The position numbers and the translations under genes are program-made. 64,000 bases of DNA, taken from Candidatus Kapaibacterium sp. (GTDB lineage: Bacteria; Bacteroidota; Ignavibacteria; Kapaibacteriales; UBA2268). The stretch spans positions 9,574 through 73,573 of the forward strand of contig JBAYUQ010000006.1 of the NCBI GenBank assembly GCA_041675005.1, given 5' to 3'. The notes under the pieces are model-generated. The model had not been told where the DNA came from and did no database searches. It saw only the letters and a list, made by a program, of their open reading frames with translations. Positions 32,055 to 42,351 of this stretch are shown piece by piece (the first letter of the stretch is position 1; each line of letters begins with the position of its first letter).

Positions 32055-34661
32055 ATGAAAACTATACTTACACTTTTACTAATTGCACAAATTAGTTTAT
32101 TCGCACAGACAGAATTCAACATAGATAACTATAGGGAATACCTTAATTCACATCAGGATATGTCATACCCTGACTTATTAGATGAATACCCTGCTAGTAA
32201 GTTCAATGCTTACGCTAAAACTAATTTTTACGATGCTAAGTATTCTGATTCGATAAACCAATTCTTTGGTTTGACACCTGATGAGATTTCACTTTTGAAC
32301 TCGCATTCGTTCATGGTCTCAGAAAGATATAGCTATCCAAGCTTTATAGAAGGACTTTACGAACTTTTCAAAAAAGATATACCAATATACTTATCTGCTG
32401 ATATGATGCTGCATTCGGTACATAAGTCAGTTGACAATATGTTAATTAATATAGAAAAGCAAATATTATATTTAGAACTTAATACTGTATTATTTACAAT
32501 GCTAACGGAACTTAAGAATTACGATAGAAATAAATATTCTTCAGACCCAGTAAAACATAAGAAATATAGTGAACTAATAGATGATGCAAACTTATACCTC
32601 TTAATTGCTTACAATACTCTAACTGAATATAAAACTTTCACAGCTTCTGAAAGTATAAGCGAAAAATATAATGAGATTACCACGAATATAAAATCTGCTA
32701 ATGGAATGGATAAAGTACAACTATTTGGCGATGTATCTTTTCGAAGATATGATTGGAGCCAATTCAAACCAAGAGGACATTATTCAGAAGGATCTAAATT
32801 AAAGCAATATTTCAAAACATTAATATGGCTTGGAAGAACAGAGATATATATAACTGCCCCGAATGATAATGAAACCGACTCAACATACATAGTTCGAAAA
32901 TCAGAGATAATGAGACAAAACCGATTGGCATATTTCTTAACTTATTTGGCAAAGAAAACGGATGTAACTAATACACTTCAATACATAGATGAGACAATAG
33001 CAGTCTTTATCGGCAGACAAGATAATATAACAAACTTCGAGCTAGAAGAAGTAATAGAAGGAAAAGTAAATAGCGCTGATGACTTGCTTGATAACGGGCT
33101 TATAAAAGAACTACAAGCCAAAGCACTTGAATTAAACTCTGCTCAACAGACCTATTTGTCACAGATATTAACATCTGACCCAATGATAAAAGAAGAAATA
33201 GAACCAGCCGCTGCATTTATGCTAATGGGGCAAAGGCCAATACTAGATGGGTTTATTACTTCTAAAGTTACTTTTGATAGAGTCATATATAATAATGATA
33301 AGATTATGAGAATGCTACCAAATAGTTTAGATGTATTATTTGGTCTTGGAAATAACGCCTCTATTCAAGCACTTGAAAAAGAACTAATACACTATCCTTA
33401 TTCTTCAAACTTAGCTGCTTTAAGATATTTGATTAATTCTTATGACGATGATTTTTGGTCAAAAAATGTTTATACCTCTTGGTTAAGTTCCATAAGAGGA
33501 CTAAATCCTAAAAACACAAGAGAAGAAAGAGAACAACTACCAGAATTTATGAGAACTGCCGCTTGGTGGCAAAAATCGATGAATACACAGCTTGCTTCTT
33601 GGGCTGAGTTGAGACATGATTTTTTACTATATGCCAAGCAACCCTATACTGCATCAGCTCCAGGATGTAGTACACCTGATGCATTTATAGAACCAGTTCC
33701 TGAGATGTACTCAAGCATCAAAAATATATTTATTAACTTAAAGAAAATTAAAGATGATGAAAAACGAATTCGAGGTATTACTTATTTCTTAGACGAAGCT
33801 ATTAGTATTTTTGAGAGATTAGAAACTATATCAAGAAATTGTTTGAATAATTCTTTGACAAATGAAGATCAAGAATATTTGAATGAATACTTCTGTACAA
33901 AGGGATTCGATACTGGATGTGTAGAGATGACTCTTTTAGATGGTTGGTATCCCAAATTATTCTATGATATAAAAATTGATATTTCAGATTTGGAAAGAAA
34001 AGATCGTCAGTCAGAATTTATGGATTTCCTAGTCGCTGATATACATACTTCTCCTACTGATGAAGATGGTAATCCAGTTGGTTGGGTGAAGCACATAGCT
34101 ACAGGGCCAATTAATATGGCTGTTATAGTAACAGACAATAAAGATGGAGAAAAGACTGCTTATGCAGGGCCAGTGTCTAGTTTTTATGAATTCACTACTA
34201 GAGATTTCGAAAGATATACTGATTCGCAGTGGCAAGACGAATTTTTCGGAGTAGAACCGCAGATTGATATGGGAAATTTGAAATTCGGACAGAATAGTTT
34301 CACTAAGCATTATCTAGCTGATTTGGATGGGAAAGCATTCAACGGAGCACCCGAACTAGTAGTAACAAGCGTAAATCCTGATGATTATAGCTATGAGAAT
34401 GATAAAATAAATATCTATCCTAATCCGGCATCGAATCATATTAACCTATCTTGCAGTGTGAACCCAGGTGAATTAACTGGTAATTTCAAGCTGATTAATA
34501 TGGATGGAGTTGTAGTCCAAAGTGAGGTAATCCAATTCGTAGCAACTGGAAATAACATAAAGAAAATATTAATTGATGAGTCAATCAAATCTGGTGCTTA
34601 TATATATAGCTTAGATTTTGATAAATCAAAGTACAGCGGGAAAGTCAACGTAGTTAAGTAG
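32055..34661 (+). CDS. large secreted hypothetical protein with a T9SS C-terminal sorting domain
   Basis: Signal peptide. C-terminal INIYPNPASNHINLSCSV...GAYIYSLDF... Confidence 0.5.
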   Translation: MKTILTLLLIAQISLFAQTEFNIDNYREYLNSHQDMSYPDLLDEYPASKFNAYAKTNFYDAKYSDSINQFFGLTPDEISLLNSHSFMVSERYSYPSFIEGLYELFKKDIPIYLSADMMLHSVHKSVDNMLINIEKQILYLELNTVLFTMLTELKNYDRNKYSSDPVKHKKYSELIDDANLYLLIAYNTLTEYKTFTASESISEKYNEITTNIKSANGMDKVQLFGDVSFRRYDWSQFKPRGHYSEGSKLKQYFKTLIWLGRTEIYITAPNDNETDSTYIVRKSEIMRQNRLAYFLTYLAKKTDVTNTLQYIDETIAVFIGRQDNITNFELEEVIEGKVNSADDLLDNGLIKELQAKALELNSAQQTYLSQILTSDPMIKEEIEPAAAFMLMGQRPILDGFITSKVTFDRVIYNNDKIMRMLPNSLDVLFGLGNNASIQALEKELIHYPYSSNLAALRYLINSYDDDFWSKNVYTSWLSSIRGLNPKNTREEREQLPEFMRTAAWWQKSMNTQLASWAELRHDFLLYAKQPYTASAPGCSTPDAFIEPVPEMYSSIKNIFINLKKIKDDEKRIRGITYFLDEAISIFERLETISRNCLNNSLTNEDQEYLNEYFCTKGFDTGCVEMTLLDGWYPKLFYDIKIDISDLERKDRQSEFMDFLVADIHTSPTDEDGNPVGWVKHIATGPINMAVIVTDNKDGEKTAYAGPVSSFYEFTTRDFERYTDSQWQDEFFGVEPQIDMGNLKFGQNSFTKHYLADLDGKAFNGAPELVVTSVNPDDYSYENDKINIYPNPASNHINLSCSVNPGELTGNFKLINMDGVVVQSEVIQFVATGNNIKKILIDESIKSGAYIYSLDFDKSKYSGKVNVVK

Positions 34662-34688
34662 AAAGAAATTACTTATAATATTAATATC

Positions 34689-34721
34689 AAACCTCTTTGC
34701 TAATAGTGAAGAGGTTTTTTT
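34689..34721 (+). terminator. rho-independent terminator
   Basis: AACCTCTTtgctaatagtgAAGAGGTT followed by TTTTTTT. Confidence 0.7.
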
Positions 34722-34812
34722 CTACAATTCTATTGATATCTTGACTTTACCACCCAGCCCTTTCTCAACTATGTCATAAAGAGTTTTAAGAGTTAAGTTT
34801 GTCTCTTCGCTT

Positions 34813-35727
34813 TCAACTCTTTGCCATTTCTATTATTTTATCGCCAATATAGTTCAATGCCTTTTCGAATGTTTCTATACCGTGTCCTACATTCTCAAAT
34901 ACCTCCACAGCTTTCAAATTCTTTAAATGCAATTTTGCATTATCTATAGATTTCTGGTATGGAAATAGTAAGTCTTTGTCTCCTTCAAGAAGGTAAGTAT
35001 CAACCTTTACCTCTGCAAGTTGTTCGTTCATATAATATGGCTTTTGCGTTCTATCTTTATATCTACTAATTGCAAATACTTCATAATCTACTAACATTTT
35101 TTCGGAAAACTCTGACAAAGAATGATTAGGTTTAGAAAATACTGCTTTATCTAAGAATTTCGATACATTATTTTCAGTAGGACTAATGATTGGCAATAAG
35201 TTGAAATATAGGTTACTAAGAGTCATGGAAAATGGCTGCAAACACCCTGGGTTTAACAAAAATGCGGACTTAATTTTTTCTGGATTCACTATACCAAATT
35301 TCATACATATTAGTCCTCCAAATGAGGCTCCAGCAATAAATGCTTTATCAATTTCCAATTTCTCAAAAACTTCATTTGCCCAATGTCCATAGTCTAATGA
35401 TGTTATATCAGGTGTTTCTCCATCACTTAAATTAGGAAGGCCATTAGTTTCAACCATAAATATTCGCATCTTATGATTGAAATTATCTAATCCTTTGTCA
35501 AAATCCCAAATGAGTGCTGTAGTGCGTGCACCAGGAAATATGACTAACGTTTCTAGGTTATCTTCTTTAGTATTTAGCCCCCAAACGTGAGTTTTACCAA
35601 GTGACGTTTGGATTTCGTAACGCTCATATTTCCTGCCGTTATTTTTCTCAAGTTTAGTAACCCAATCTTCAAAATAGTTAATATCGGCTGATAGGTCTTT
35701 GAAATAAGATTTGCTTTTGATTTGCAT
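34813..35727 (-). CDS. alpha/beta-fold hydrolase
   Basis: Nucleophile elbow GASFGG. Typical length, with His near the C-terminus. Confidence 0.6.
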   Translation of the reverse strand: MQIKSKSYFKDLSADINYFEDWVTKLEKNNGRKYERYEIQTSLGKTHVWGLNTKEDNLETLVIFPGARTTALIWDFDKGLDNFNHKMRIFMVETNGLPNLSDGETPDITSLDYGHWANEVFEKLEIDKAFIAGASFGGLICMKFGIVNPEKIKSAFLLNPGCLQPFSMTLSNLYFNLLPIISPTENNVSKFLDKAVFSKPNHSLSEFSEKMLVDYEVFAISRYKDRTQKPYYMNEQLAEVKVDTYLLEGDKDLLFPYQKSIDNAKLHLKNLKAVEVFENVGHGIETFEKALNYIGDKIIEMAKS

Positions 35728-35973
35728 AGGTAAGTCGGATTAAATTGATAATATTAATCAATCCCCACTATAATGAGAATTAATATGTTTTCTAATTTAT
35801 TTAGAATTATTAATACAAATTATGCGATATGAAATAAATCTGAAATGATTTATTTACGAATTTATCAACAATTAATATGAGCAAATGGAGGTAAAAAATT
35901 TATTAACTCAATAGTTGTTTCGTTGATTAATAGTAACTATTGTGCAAATTATATTTTATGTGTTGATGAATCC

Positions 35974-36612
35974 CTAAAACTCATATCTAATTCCCATGCC
36001 TGCATAATAAGGAGAAACCAAAGGGGTAATAGATAAATCTTTCTTTTCGCTCTTTCTATGAAGATAAGGGATCGCATAACCTATTAAGCTACCTAATGCT
36101 GCACCTGCAATAACATCAGTGGTAAAGTGATAACCAGATTGCTGACGGAACAAACCAACGGCACTAGCGGCTACTAATGTACCACCCCAAATATAGGGTG
36201 TCCAATCTGAATCAGGGTAATAGTCAGAATAAACGGTCGAGAAAAAGACCGCACTCGAGAATGCCAATGCGGTATGTCCCGAAGGAAAAGATCCTCTCAA
36301 ATCTTGCTTTAGAGCTAATTTGTCTTCCAATGGAGTGTCGGGATTGTAAGCAAGTGGTCTAACCCTAGATACCGATTTAATAGAACTTGTCAGGAATGTT
36401 GTTGTAAGGATTGTCTGCAAATACATAACTGTCATAGTTCCAAAATCATCTCTTACATCCTCCGAGAGTAGGAGCGAAATAGGACTAATAATAGTAGTAA
36501 CGACAAGAATATCGCTTGCACTGCTGATATCAGGTGACCAATTGGATGCTGTACTTCGGTCAAATGAATTGATATCAGAGGTATTAAGAGCATTAATCTC
36601 ATCTACAGTCAT
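35974..36612 (-). CDS. PAP2-superfamily phosphatase
   Basis: PSGH and SGYHFTTDV (motif 2/3) signatures. Confidence 0.55.
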   Translation of the reverse strand: MTVDEINALNTSDINSFDRSTASNWSPDISSASDILVVTTIISPISLLLSEDVRDDFGTMTVMYLQTILTTTFLTSSIKSVSRVRPLAYNPDTPLEDKLALKQDLRGSFPSGHTALAFSSAVFFSTVYSDYYPDSDWTPYIWGGTLVAASAVGLFRQQSGYHFTTDVIAGAALGSLIGYAIPYLHRKSEKKDLSITPLVSPYYAGMGIRYEF

Positions 36613-36910
36613 GACCTCAGCACCTTCGGAAAGTACTTCACTAAGGACAATTAGCCCTATATTACCGCCAAATATAATCGACTCTTTTGTCCAAGTGGAA
36701 TTATACGGTGATTCAGAAAATGAATCAATTGGATTTGAAAAGAAAATAATTGGGACTAATAGTATAAGTAACTATCTGCTTTTGAAGGTATTCATTATGT
36801 TCATCGGAGGTTATTAATAACATTAAATATAATGAATGTTCATGATATTTCATAAAAAAAGCACTATTCTCATAGTGCTTTTCGATTAAAAATTTTATCG
36901 TTTTTATGAT

Positions 36911-37780
36911 CTAGTAACGCCAACATAGCTGATTACCGTCTGAAGCGTATCCTTTAGAAAGTTCTGTAAGCTTTTGCCCTTCGAGATCTATAATATACAA
37001 TCGTCCATAACTGGTAGCTACAACGTATTTACTATCAGGTGACCAAGTAGGCTTGTGGAAATTAGAAATTTCTGAATTAAAAAGTGTAGGGTTAGAGCCA
37101 TCTAAGCCCATGGTCCAAATCTTCCCATCTCGAATAAAAGCAATTCTCTTACCATCTGGACTGACGCTCGGTTCAGAAACATTTGACAAGTTTGGGTCAA
37201 TTCGTTCTAAAGAAGTGAAATCAACTGAGACCTTGTAAATACCATTGTTCATAGATGTCCAACCTTGTACATATAATGAACCGTCAGGTGCCCAGCTTGG
37301 TGATATCATCGGTTGTCTTTGGTCATAATCTCCAATTATTGCTACTAACTCACCATCATTCGCATCTATAACATAAGTAATGGGATTACTAATTGCGTCA
37401 CCTTCATATGCGACATAAGACTGATTGTAAGATATTCTCGGGCAATCAAAAACATATTTATATTTTGGCCCAGTATAGCTCTCGCTCTCAATCAGTGATT
37501 GTCTATTTCCACCGCTTAGGTCTGAATAGATTATCCTTTCAAGTGGGTATGCCTCTACTGCAAGTATGAACCCATCGCTTGTTACGTCCGGATTTACTGC
37601 ATTTGTAAATAGTTTTTGATCGGTCATATTAGTTAAGCTAAGACGGAAAATCTCGCCTCCATTTGAATAATAAATATAACCTTTGTAACCAGCAGGACTA
37701 ACGGGGTTACTATCTTTATTACATCCAATCCCTATTACTAATAAAAACGAGAAAATTAAAATCCGTATGAAATACTTCAT
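36911..37780 (-). CDS. PD40/TolB-like beta-propeller lipoprotein
   Basis: Lipobox GIGCN. Repeated SPDG/SPDS WD40-like PD40 motifs (VSPDGKRIAF, TWSPDSKYVV). Confidence 0.55.
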   Translation of the reverse strand: MKYFIRILIFSFLLVIGIGCNKDSNPVSPAGYKGYIYYSNGGEIFRLSLTNMTDQKLFTNAVNPDVTSDGFILAVEAYPLERIIYSDLSGGNRQSLIESESYTGPKYKYVFDCPRISYNQSYVAYEGDAISNPITYVIDANDGELVAIIGDYDQRQPMISPSWAPDGSLYVQGWTSMNNGIYKVSVDFTSLERIDPNLSNVSEPSVSPDGKRIAFIRDGKIWTMGLDGSNPTLFNSEISNFHKPTWSPDSKYVVATSYGRLYIIDLEGQKLTELSKGYASDGNQLCWRY

Positions 37781-38129
37781 AAAAAAACCTTTAGTTAAAA
37801 ATTTAATAAAAAACTCTTTTCGGACTATTATTCTAATTTTCTCCTTTCATTATGAATTAAGTTTAATTATTACAAAAATAAATATAATTTAGATATAAAT
37901 AATATTATTTTTTCATTTATAATCGTATGTATTCTATGGGGGTTAGGAAAGTGCAAACATAAGAGGAGTCAAGAAAACCCGAAAGCCATACTACTACGGT
38001 TATTAGTGTAATAAAATCTTTTTAGTGAGGGCATGTGGTTGATGGGATAAAAAAATATTACAAGTGAGTAATCTCGATTTTTGTTAATTTGATGGATTAT
38101 AAAGAAACAAAAATATTTAAGGAATTGTA

Positions 38130-39062
38130 ATGCTAGGTGAAATCAAAATAGTTAACTTACGGAAGATATGGAAAAATGAATATTCAAACTTTACACCTTG
38201 GTTATCTGAAAACCTTCATTTATTAGGTAAAGCAATTGGTATTGAACTAGAATTCGAAGCTAAAGAAGTTTCAGTCGGTCCATTCTCAGCAGATATTTTG
38301 GCAAAAGACACCGGGACTGATAAATTTGTAGTAATAGAGAACCAATTAGAAAAAACTGATCATGACCATTTAGGTAAATGTATTACTTACGCTTCTGTAC
38401 TCGACGCTTCAGCGGTTATTTGGATAGCATCTAAGTTTACAGATGAACATAAGAAAGCATTGGATTGGCTAAATGATCACACCTCAGAGGAGATTGGATT
38501 TTATGGTATTAAAGTAGAATTATGGCAAATTGAAAATTCTTTACCAGCTGTAAGATTTAATGTAGTTAGTCAACCAAATTTGGCTGTTAGACAAGCATCT
38601 AAAAGCAAAGAACAAACTGAATTGACAGAGAATAGAAGAACCCAGCTAAAATTTTGGGAGGAGTTTAGTACTAAACTTATCGAAACTCGGAAAATCGGTT
38701 CTGTTCAATCGCCCAGACCTCAATATTGGTTCGATGTTGCTTTAGGTAAATCAGGGATTCATCTTTCAAATACTTTTAATACTGAAACGAATGAAATAGG
38801 TGTACGGGTATATATCAATAATAAGAAAGTAGAAGATTGGTGGCCATATTTTGAATCGAGAAAAGTAGAAATTGAACAAAAAATGGGTATCAAACTAAAT
38901 TGGAATCCAAATCCTGACAACAAAGATAAAGTAATCATGCTAGTTAAGGCATTTAATTTAGAACAGAAAGAAGAGTGGGAAGCGGCATTAGATTGGTTAG
39001 TAGATTACACAGTGAGATTCAGAGAAGTATTTTCGAACGAAATCAAGAATAAAACCAAATAA
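38130..39062 (+). CDS. hypothetical protein with an N-terminal Hjc/YraN-like PD-(D/E)XK-fold segment (DUF4268-like?)
   Basis: GPFSADILAKD...KFVVIENQ resembles the D...(E)xK core of Hjc-type nucleases, with Q in the K position. Family assignment is uncertain. Confidence 0.35.
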   Translation: MLGEIKIVNLRKIWKNEYSNFTPWLSENLHLLGKAIGIELEFEAKEVSVGPFSADILAKDTGTDKFVVIENQLEKTDHDHLGKCITYASVLDASAVIWIASKFTDEHKKALDWLNDHTSEEIGFYGIKVELWQIENSLPAVRFNVVSQPNLAVRQASKSKEQTELTENRRTQLKFWEEFSTKLIETRKIGSVQSPRPQYWFDVALGKSGIHLSNTFNTETNEIGVRVYINNKKVEDWWPYFESRKVEIEQKMGIKLNWNPNPDNKDKVIMLVKAFNLEQKEEWEAALDWLVDYTVRFREVFSNEIKNKTK

Positions 39063-39088
39063 TAAATCCAGATTTAAACCTTTATTTC

Positions 39089-39400
39089 ATGAATGAAAAA
39101 CAAGTCATATTCACAAAGATAATCCTCTCCATAATATTGCTATTATGCTTATTGGATATGCCTTATGGATACTACCAGTTCGTCAGATTTGCGAGTATGA
39201 TTACTTTCGGATATCTTGCTTATAAAGAATACGAAGCCAAAGAGAGAAGTAATTTCTTTTTTATCTGGATAATTTCGGCTATTGCCTTTAACCCAATAAT
39301 AAAGTTTAGCTTTGGTAGAACGATATGGAATATAATAGATGTTGTATTAGCTTTACTTCTAGTTGTTTCAATTTGGAATGATAGGAAATCACAACAATAA
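39089..39400 (+). CDS. small 3-TM membrane protein
   Basis: Three hydrophobic helices; 103 aa. Confidence 0.4.
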   Translation: MNEKQVIFTKIILSIILLLCLLDMPYGYYQFVRFASMITFGYLAYKEYEAKERSNFFFIWIISAIAFNPIIKFSFGRTIWNIIDVVLALLLVVSIWNDRKSQQ

Positions 39401-39474
39401 CATTCGGATTAAGAGTACTCAAACAAGTTCACTAGATACAAAGTGCTATTAATCATTTAAATCCAAATACATTT

Positions 39475-39732
39475 TTAATTTATCATTGATTTCAAGAAGT
39501 TTATAATTATCAACTTCTCTTTCAAATCAGCAACTCCATACTCCACTTCCTCTTCCCTCAAAAATGAGAAACTTCCGGATTCAGAGACAAGTTTTTCTAT
39601 GCCTTTGGTGAGGATTCGGTCTTCGTATTTGGATAGGAGGAACTCAGCAAAATCAGCAACTTCCGAGATGTTATCTTCTGGAAGTTTCGAAATTGTGTTT
39701 ATAGTCTTTTCTATAAGTGCTTCTTTTGTCAT
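39475..39732 (-). CDS. small protein, DUF2281-like (antitoxin-like fold?)
   Basis: KLPEDNISEVADFAEFLLSKYED resembles the DUF2281 signature. No partner toxin is adjacent. Confidence 0.3.
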   Translation of the reverse strand: MTKEALIEKTINTISKLPEDNISEVADFAEFLLSKYEDRILTKGIEKLVSESGSFSFLREEEVEYGVADLKEKLIIINFLKSMIN

Positions 39733-39778
39733 TGATATAAACCTTCTTTTTATTAGAAACGCTCATTCAAACTATTTA

Positions 39779-41320
39779 TTACTCCCACTCAATAGTTCCG
39801 GGGGGTTTGCTAGTTATGTCATATACCACTCGGTTGATGCCTTTTATCTCGTTGATTATTCTGCTCGAGATTTTTTCCAATACATCATACGGCATAGGGT
39901 ACCACTCAGCAGTCATACCGTCGGTGCTTGTTACAGCACGGATAGCACAAGTGAACTCGTAAGTACGCTCGTCGCCCATTACTCCTACGCTTTTCACTGG
40001 TAGTAGTACGGCGAAGGCCTGCCATATCTCGTCGTATAGACCAGCTTCTGTGATTACATCTAAGTAGATAGCGTCTGCTTTTTGTAGGATTTCTATTTTC
40101 TCTGGTGAGATTTCTCCGAGTATTCTGATGCCTAGTCCAGGTCCAGGGAATGGATGTCTTTTGACGAACCACTCTGGTATTCCGAGCATACGCCCCACTT
40201 CGCGTACTTCATCTTTGAATAGCTCGCGGAATGGCTCTAATAATTTTAGGTTCATTTTCTCTGGCAAACCACCAACGTTGTGGTGACTCTTGATAGTAGC
40301 CGACGGCCCTTTGACAGAGACTGACTCTATAACGTCTGGGTACAAGGTTCCTTGGGCTAACCACTTAGCTGAGTCAACTCCTTGCGTTGCTCCATCGAAT
40401 AGGTCTATGAACGCCTTGCCGATTGCTTTTCTTTTTAGCTCGGGGTCGGAAACTCCTGCCAAACCACTGTAGAATGTATCGTGTCCGTTTATCACTTCTA
40501 TAGACATATCGAAATGCTTTTGGAATAGGTCATATATCTCACTGCTTTCGTTCATTCGCATTAGGCCAGAGTCTATGTGAATACAGTGTAGCTGATTGCC
40601 TATTGCTTTGTGGATTAACACAGCAGCTACAGTCGAGTCAACTCCTCCACTTAGTCCACAGATTACTTTTTCCGTGCCCACTTTGTCGCGAATTTCTTGT
40701 ATAGCGATTTCGATGAATGATTCTGCATTCCACGTATCTACGCAACCGCAGATATTACGGACGAAGTTCTCAAGTACTTTTTTACCTTCTAAAGAGTGGT
40801 GCACTTCCGGGTGGAATTGCACACCGTATATTTTCTTTTCGATATTAGCAATTGCACATATAGGAGCGTTCTCCGTATTGGCAATAGTTTGGAAGCCATC
40901 GGGCATTTTGCTTAGCGAATCGCCGTGGCTCATCCACATCTGTGCTTTGTCGGATATGCCTTCTAAAAGTGGGTTATCTTGAGTCACGTGCACTATCGCC
41001 TTGCCGTATTCTCGTTTTGCGGCTGCATCTACTTGCCCGTTTTGGGTGAAAGCGATGAGTTGCAATCCGTAGCAGATACCGAGAACTGGAATACCAAGCT
41101 CGAATACGTTGAAACTTGGGTGAGGCGCCTCTGGGGAGTACACGCTTGATGGTCCTCCCGAAAGGATAATACCTTTGGGATTCATTTCTTTTAATTTTTC
41201 TAATTCTATATTGAAGGGGTGTATTTCGGCGAAAACTCCAACTTCACGCACTTTTCGTGCTATTAGTTGAGTGTATTGCGAGCCGAAATCGAGTATTAAT
41301 ATTTTTTCTACATTTTCCAT
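39779..41320 (-). CDS. guaA: GMP synthase (glutamine-hydrolysing)
   Basis: GATase1 GICYGLQ with catalytic Cys, PP-loop SGGVDSTVAA, typical C-terminus. Confidence 0.9.
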   Translation of the reverse strand: MENVEKILILDFGSQYTQLIARKVREVGVFAEIHPFNIELEKLKEMNPKGIILSGGPSSVYSPEAPHPSFNVFELGIPVLGICYGLQLIAFTQNGQVDAAAKREYGKAIVHVTQDNPLLEGISDKAQMWMSHGDSLSKMPDGFQTIANTENAPICAIANIEKKIYGVQFHPEVHHSLEGKKVLENFVRNICGCVDTWNAESFIEIAIQEIRDKVGTEKVICGLSGGVDSTVAAVLIHKAIGNQLHCIHIDSGLMRMNESSEIYDLFQKHFDMSIEVINGHDTFYSGLAGVSDPELKRKAIGKAFIDLFDGATQGVDSAKWLAQGTLYPDVIESVSVKGPSATIKSHHNVGGLPEKMNLKLLEPFRELFKDEVREVGRMLGIPEWFVKRHPFPGPGLGIRILGEISPEKIEILQKADAIYLDVITEAGLYDEIWQAFAVLLPVKSVGVMGDERTYEFTCAIRAVTSTDGMTAEWYPMPYDVLEKISSRIINEIKGINRVVYDITSKPPGTIEWE

Positions 41321-41369
41321 AGTACAAAAATAGGAATAATTTGTGAAATTATAGAGCTGAAAGTTTTGA

Positions 41370-42341
41370 ATGATTTTAGTATATTTGGGATATGGAGAAA
41401 AAGCTAAGAGATATATATTAATGGGGTGGTTGTATTTAATTGTCGGTTTTATAATTTGGTCCCTTCTTGTTTGGACTCTTAGTCATTTTGAAATAGGTCC
41501 TTTTAAAACCGAACGGTTACCTATTAAGAGGATACAACCAACAGTTGTTGGTTATATAAATGATAAATTTGAAAACAAGATTATAATCATTCATAATGAG
41601 AAGATGCAATTCTCATATTTTGTAAGTAAAAATGATGATGAAAATGACGTACTCAAATTAAAATTAGAACTACCTTGGTCAAATCTAGATGAATTCGCTG
41701 CGATAATCTCAGAAATAGAAGTTGTAGAAGAGGAATTGTTAAGGAGGAAAGAAATCATAAAGGGTGCACCATTCAATAACTTATATCATATTACTCATAT
41801 AAATAATATTTCCAGTATTCTTGAAAATGGATTGTTATCAGATAATCATTTACAAAGAGACAATATTAATTTCGAAAACATTGCAGACCTTGAGGTTAAA
41901 GGTCATCGAGAAAAAACTGAAAGTATATACAATAAGTCGATTTTAGAATATGTACCACTTTATTTCACTCCTAAAACACCAATGTTGTACAAAAAACAAG
42001 ATATAAGTAATAATCTAGTTGTAATAGTAATTCATCCCTTTGTATTATTCGAAAAAGATTTAATATTCACTGATGGTAATGCTTCTTCGAAAAAGACAAA
42101 GTTCTATAGTGATTTAAATGATCTAAAATGTTTAGATTGGGAATGTATCAGGTCACAATTCTGGACAAAATTTGAAGATGGTAAAAGAAAACGATGTTCA
42201 GAAGTTTTAGTTCATGATAGGATTGATGTAAATTACTTCAACAAAATAGTATGCAATAATAAAAAATTATATGATGAGTTATCTATTAATTATTCGGAAT
42301 CTAATATTAAAATTGAATTAGATAATAAATATTTCTTTTAG
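41370..42341 (+). CDS. darT: DarT-family ssDNA thymidine ADP-ribosyltransferase (toxin); the true start is probably downstream, at 41421 or 41604
   Basis: Compared with Thermus DarT: LYHITHINNISSILENGLLS vs IYHITHVDNLPSILREGGLW; YVPLYFTPKTPMLY vs YVPFYFAPRSPMLY; LIFTDGNA; LDWECI; catalytic-Glu region SEVLVHD. Confidence 0.8.
   Translation: MILVYLGYGEKAKRYILMGWLYLIVGFIIWSLLVWTLSHFEIGPFKTERLPIKRIQPTVVGYINDKFENKIIIIHNEKMQFSYFVSKNDDENDVLKLKLELPWSNLDEFAAIISEIEVVEEELLRRKEIIKGAPFNNLYHITHINNISSILENGLLSDNHLQRDNINFENIADLEVKGHREKTESIYNKSILEYVPLYFTPKTPMLYKKQDISNNLVVIVIHPFVLFEKDLIFTDGNASSKKTKFYSDLNDLKCLDWECIRSQFWTKFEDGKRKRCSEVLVHDRIDVNYFNKIVCNNKKLYDELSINYSESNIKIELDNKYFF
41380..41387 (+). promoter_or_regulatory. 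candidate Bacteroidota-type -7 promoter element TATATTTG
   Basis: Matches TAnnTTTG. It lies inside the 5' end of the longest darT ORF, arguing for a downstream start. Confidence 0.3.
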
Positions 42342-42351
42342 CGGGATATAA

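Noticed and set aside
36542-36817. 91-aa plus-strand ORF and other 60-100-aa antisense ORFs listed in the track (e.g. 419-631, 765-1337, 1511-1723, 5699-5965, 9861-10076, 12744-12984, 22013-22219, 26475-27094, 40596-40982, 43771-44040, 46297-46630)
   Set aside because: They lie wholly inside or antisense to well-supported longer genes, with low-complexity or hydrophobic-junk composition. They are most likely frame shadows.
41370-41420. First 17 codons of the longest darT ORF (MILVYLGYGEKAKRYIL)
   Set aside because: This segment overlaps a consensus TAnnTTTG -7 box and leaves only 50 nt to the divergent guaA start. It is probably untranslated promoter/5'-UTR sequence.
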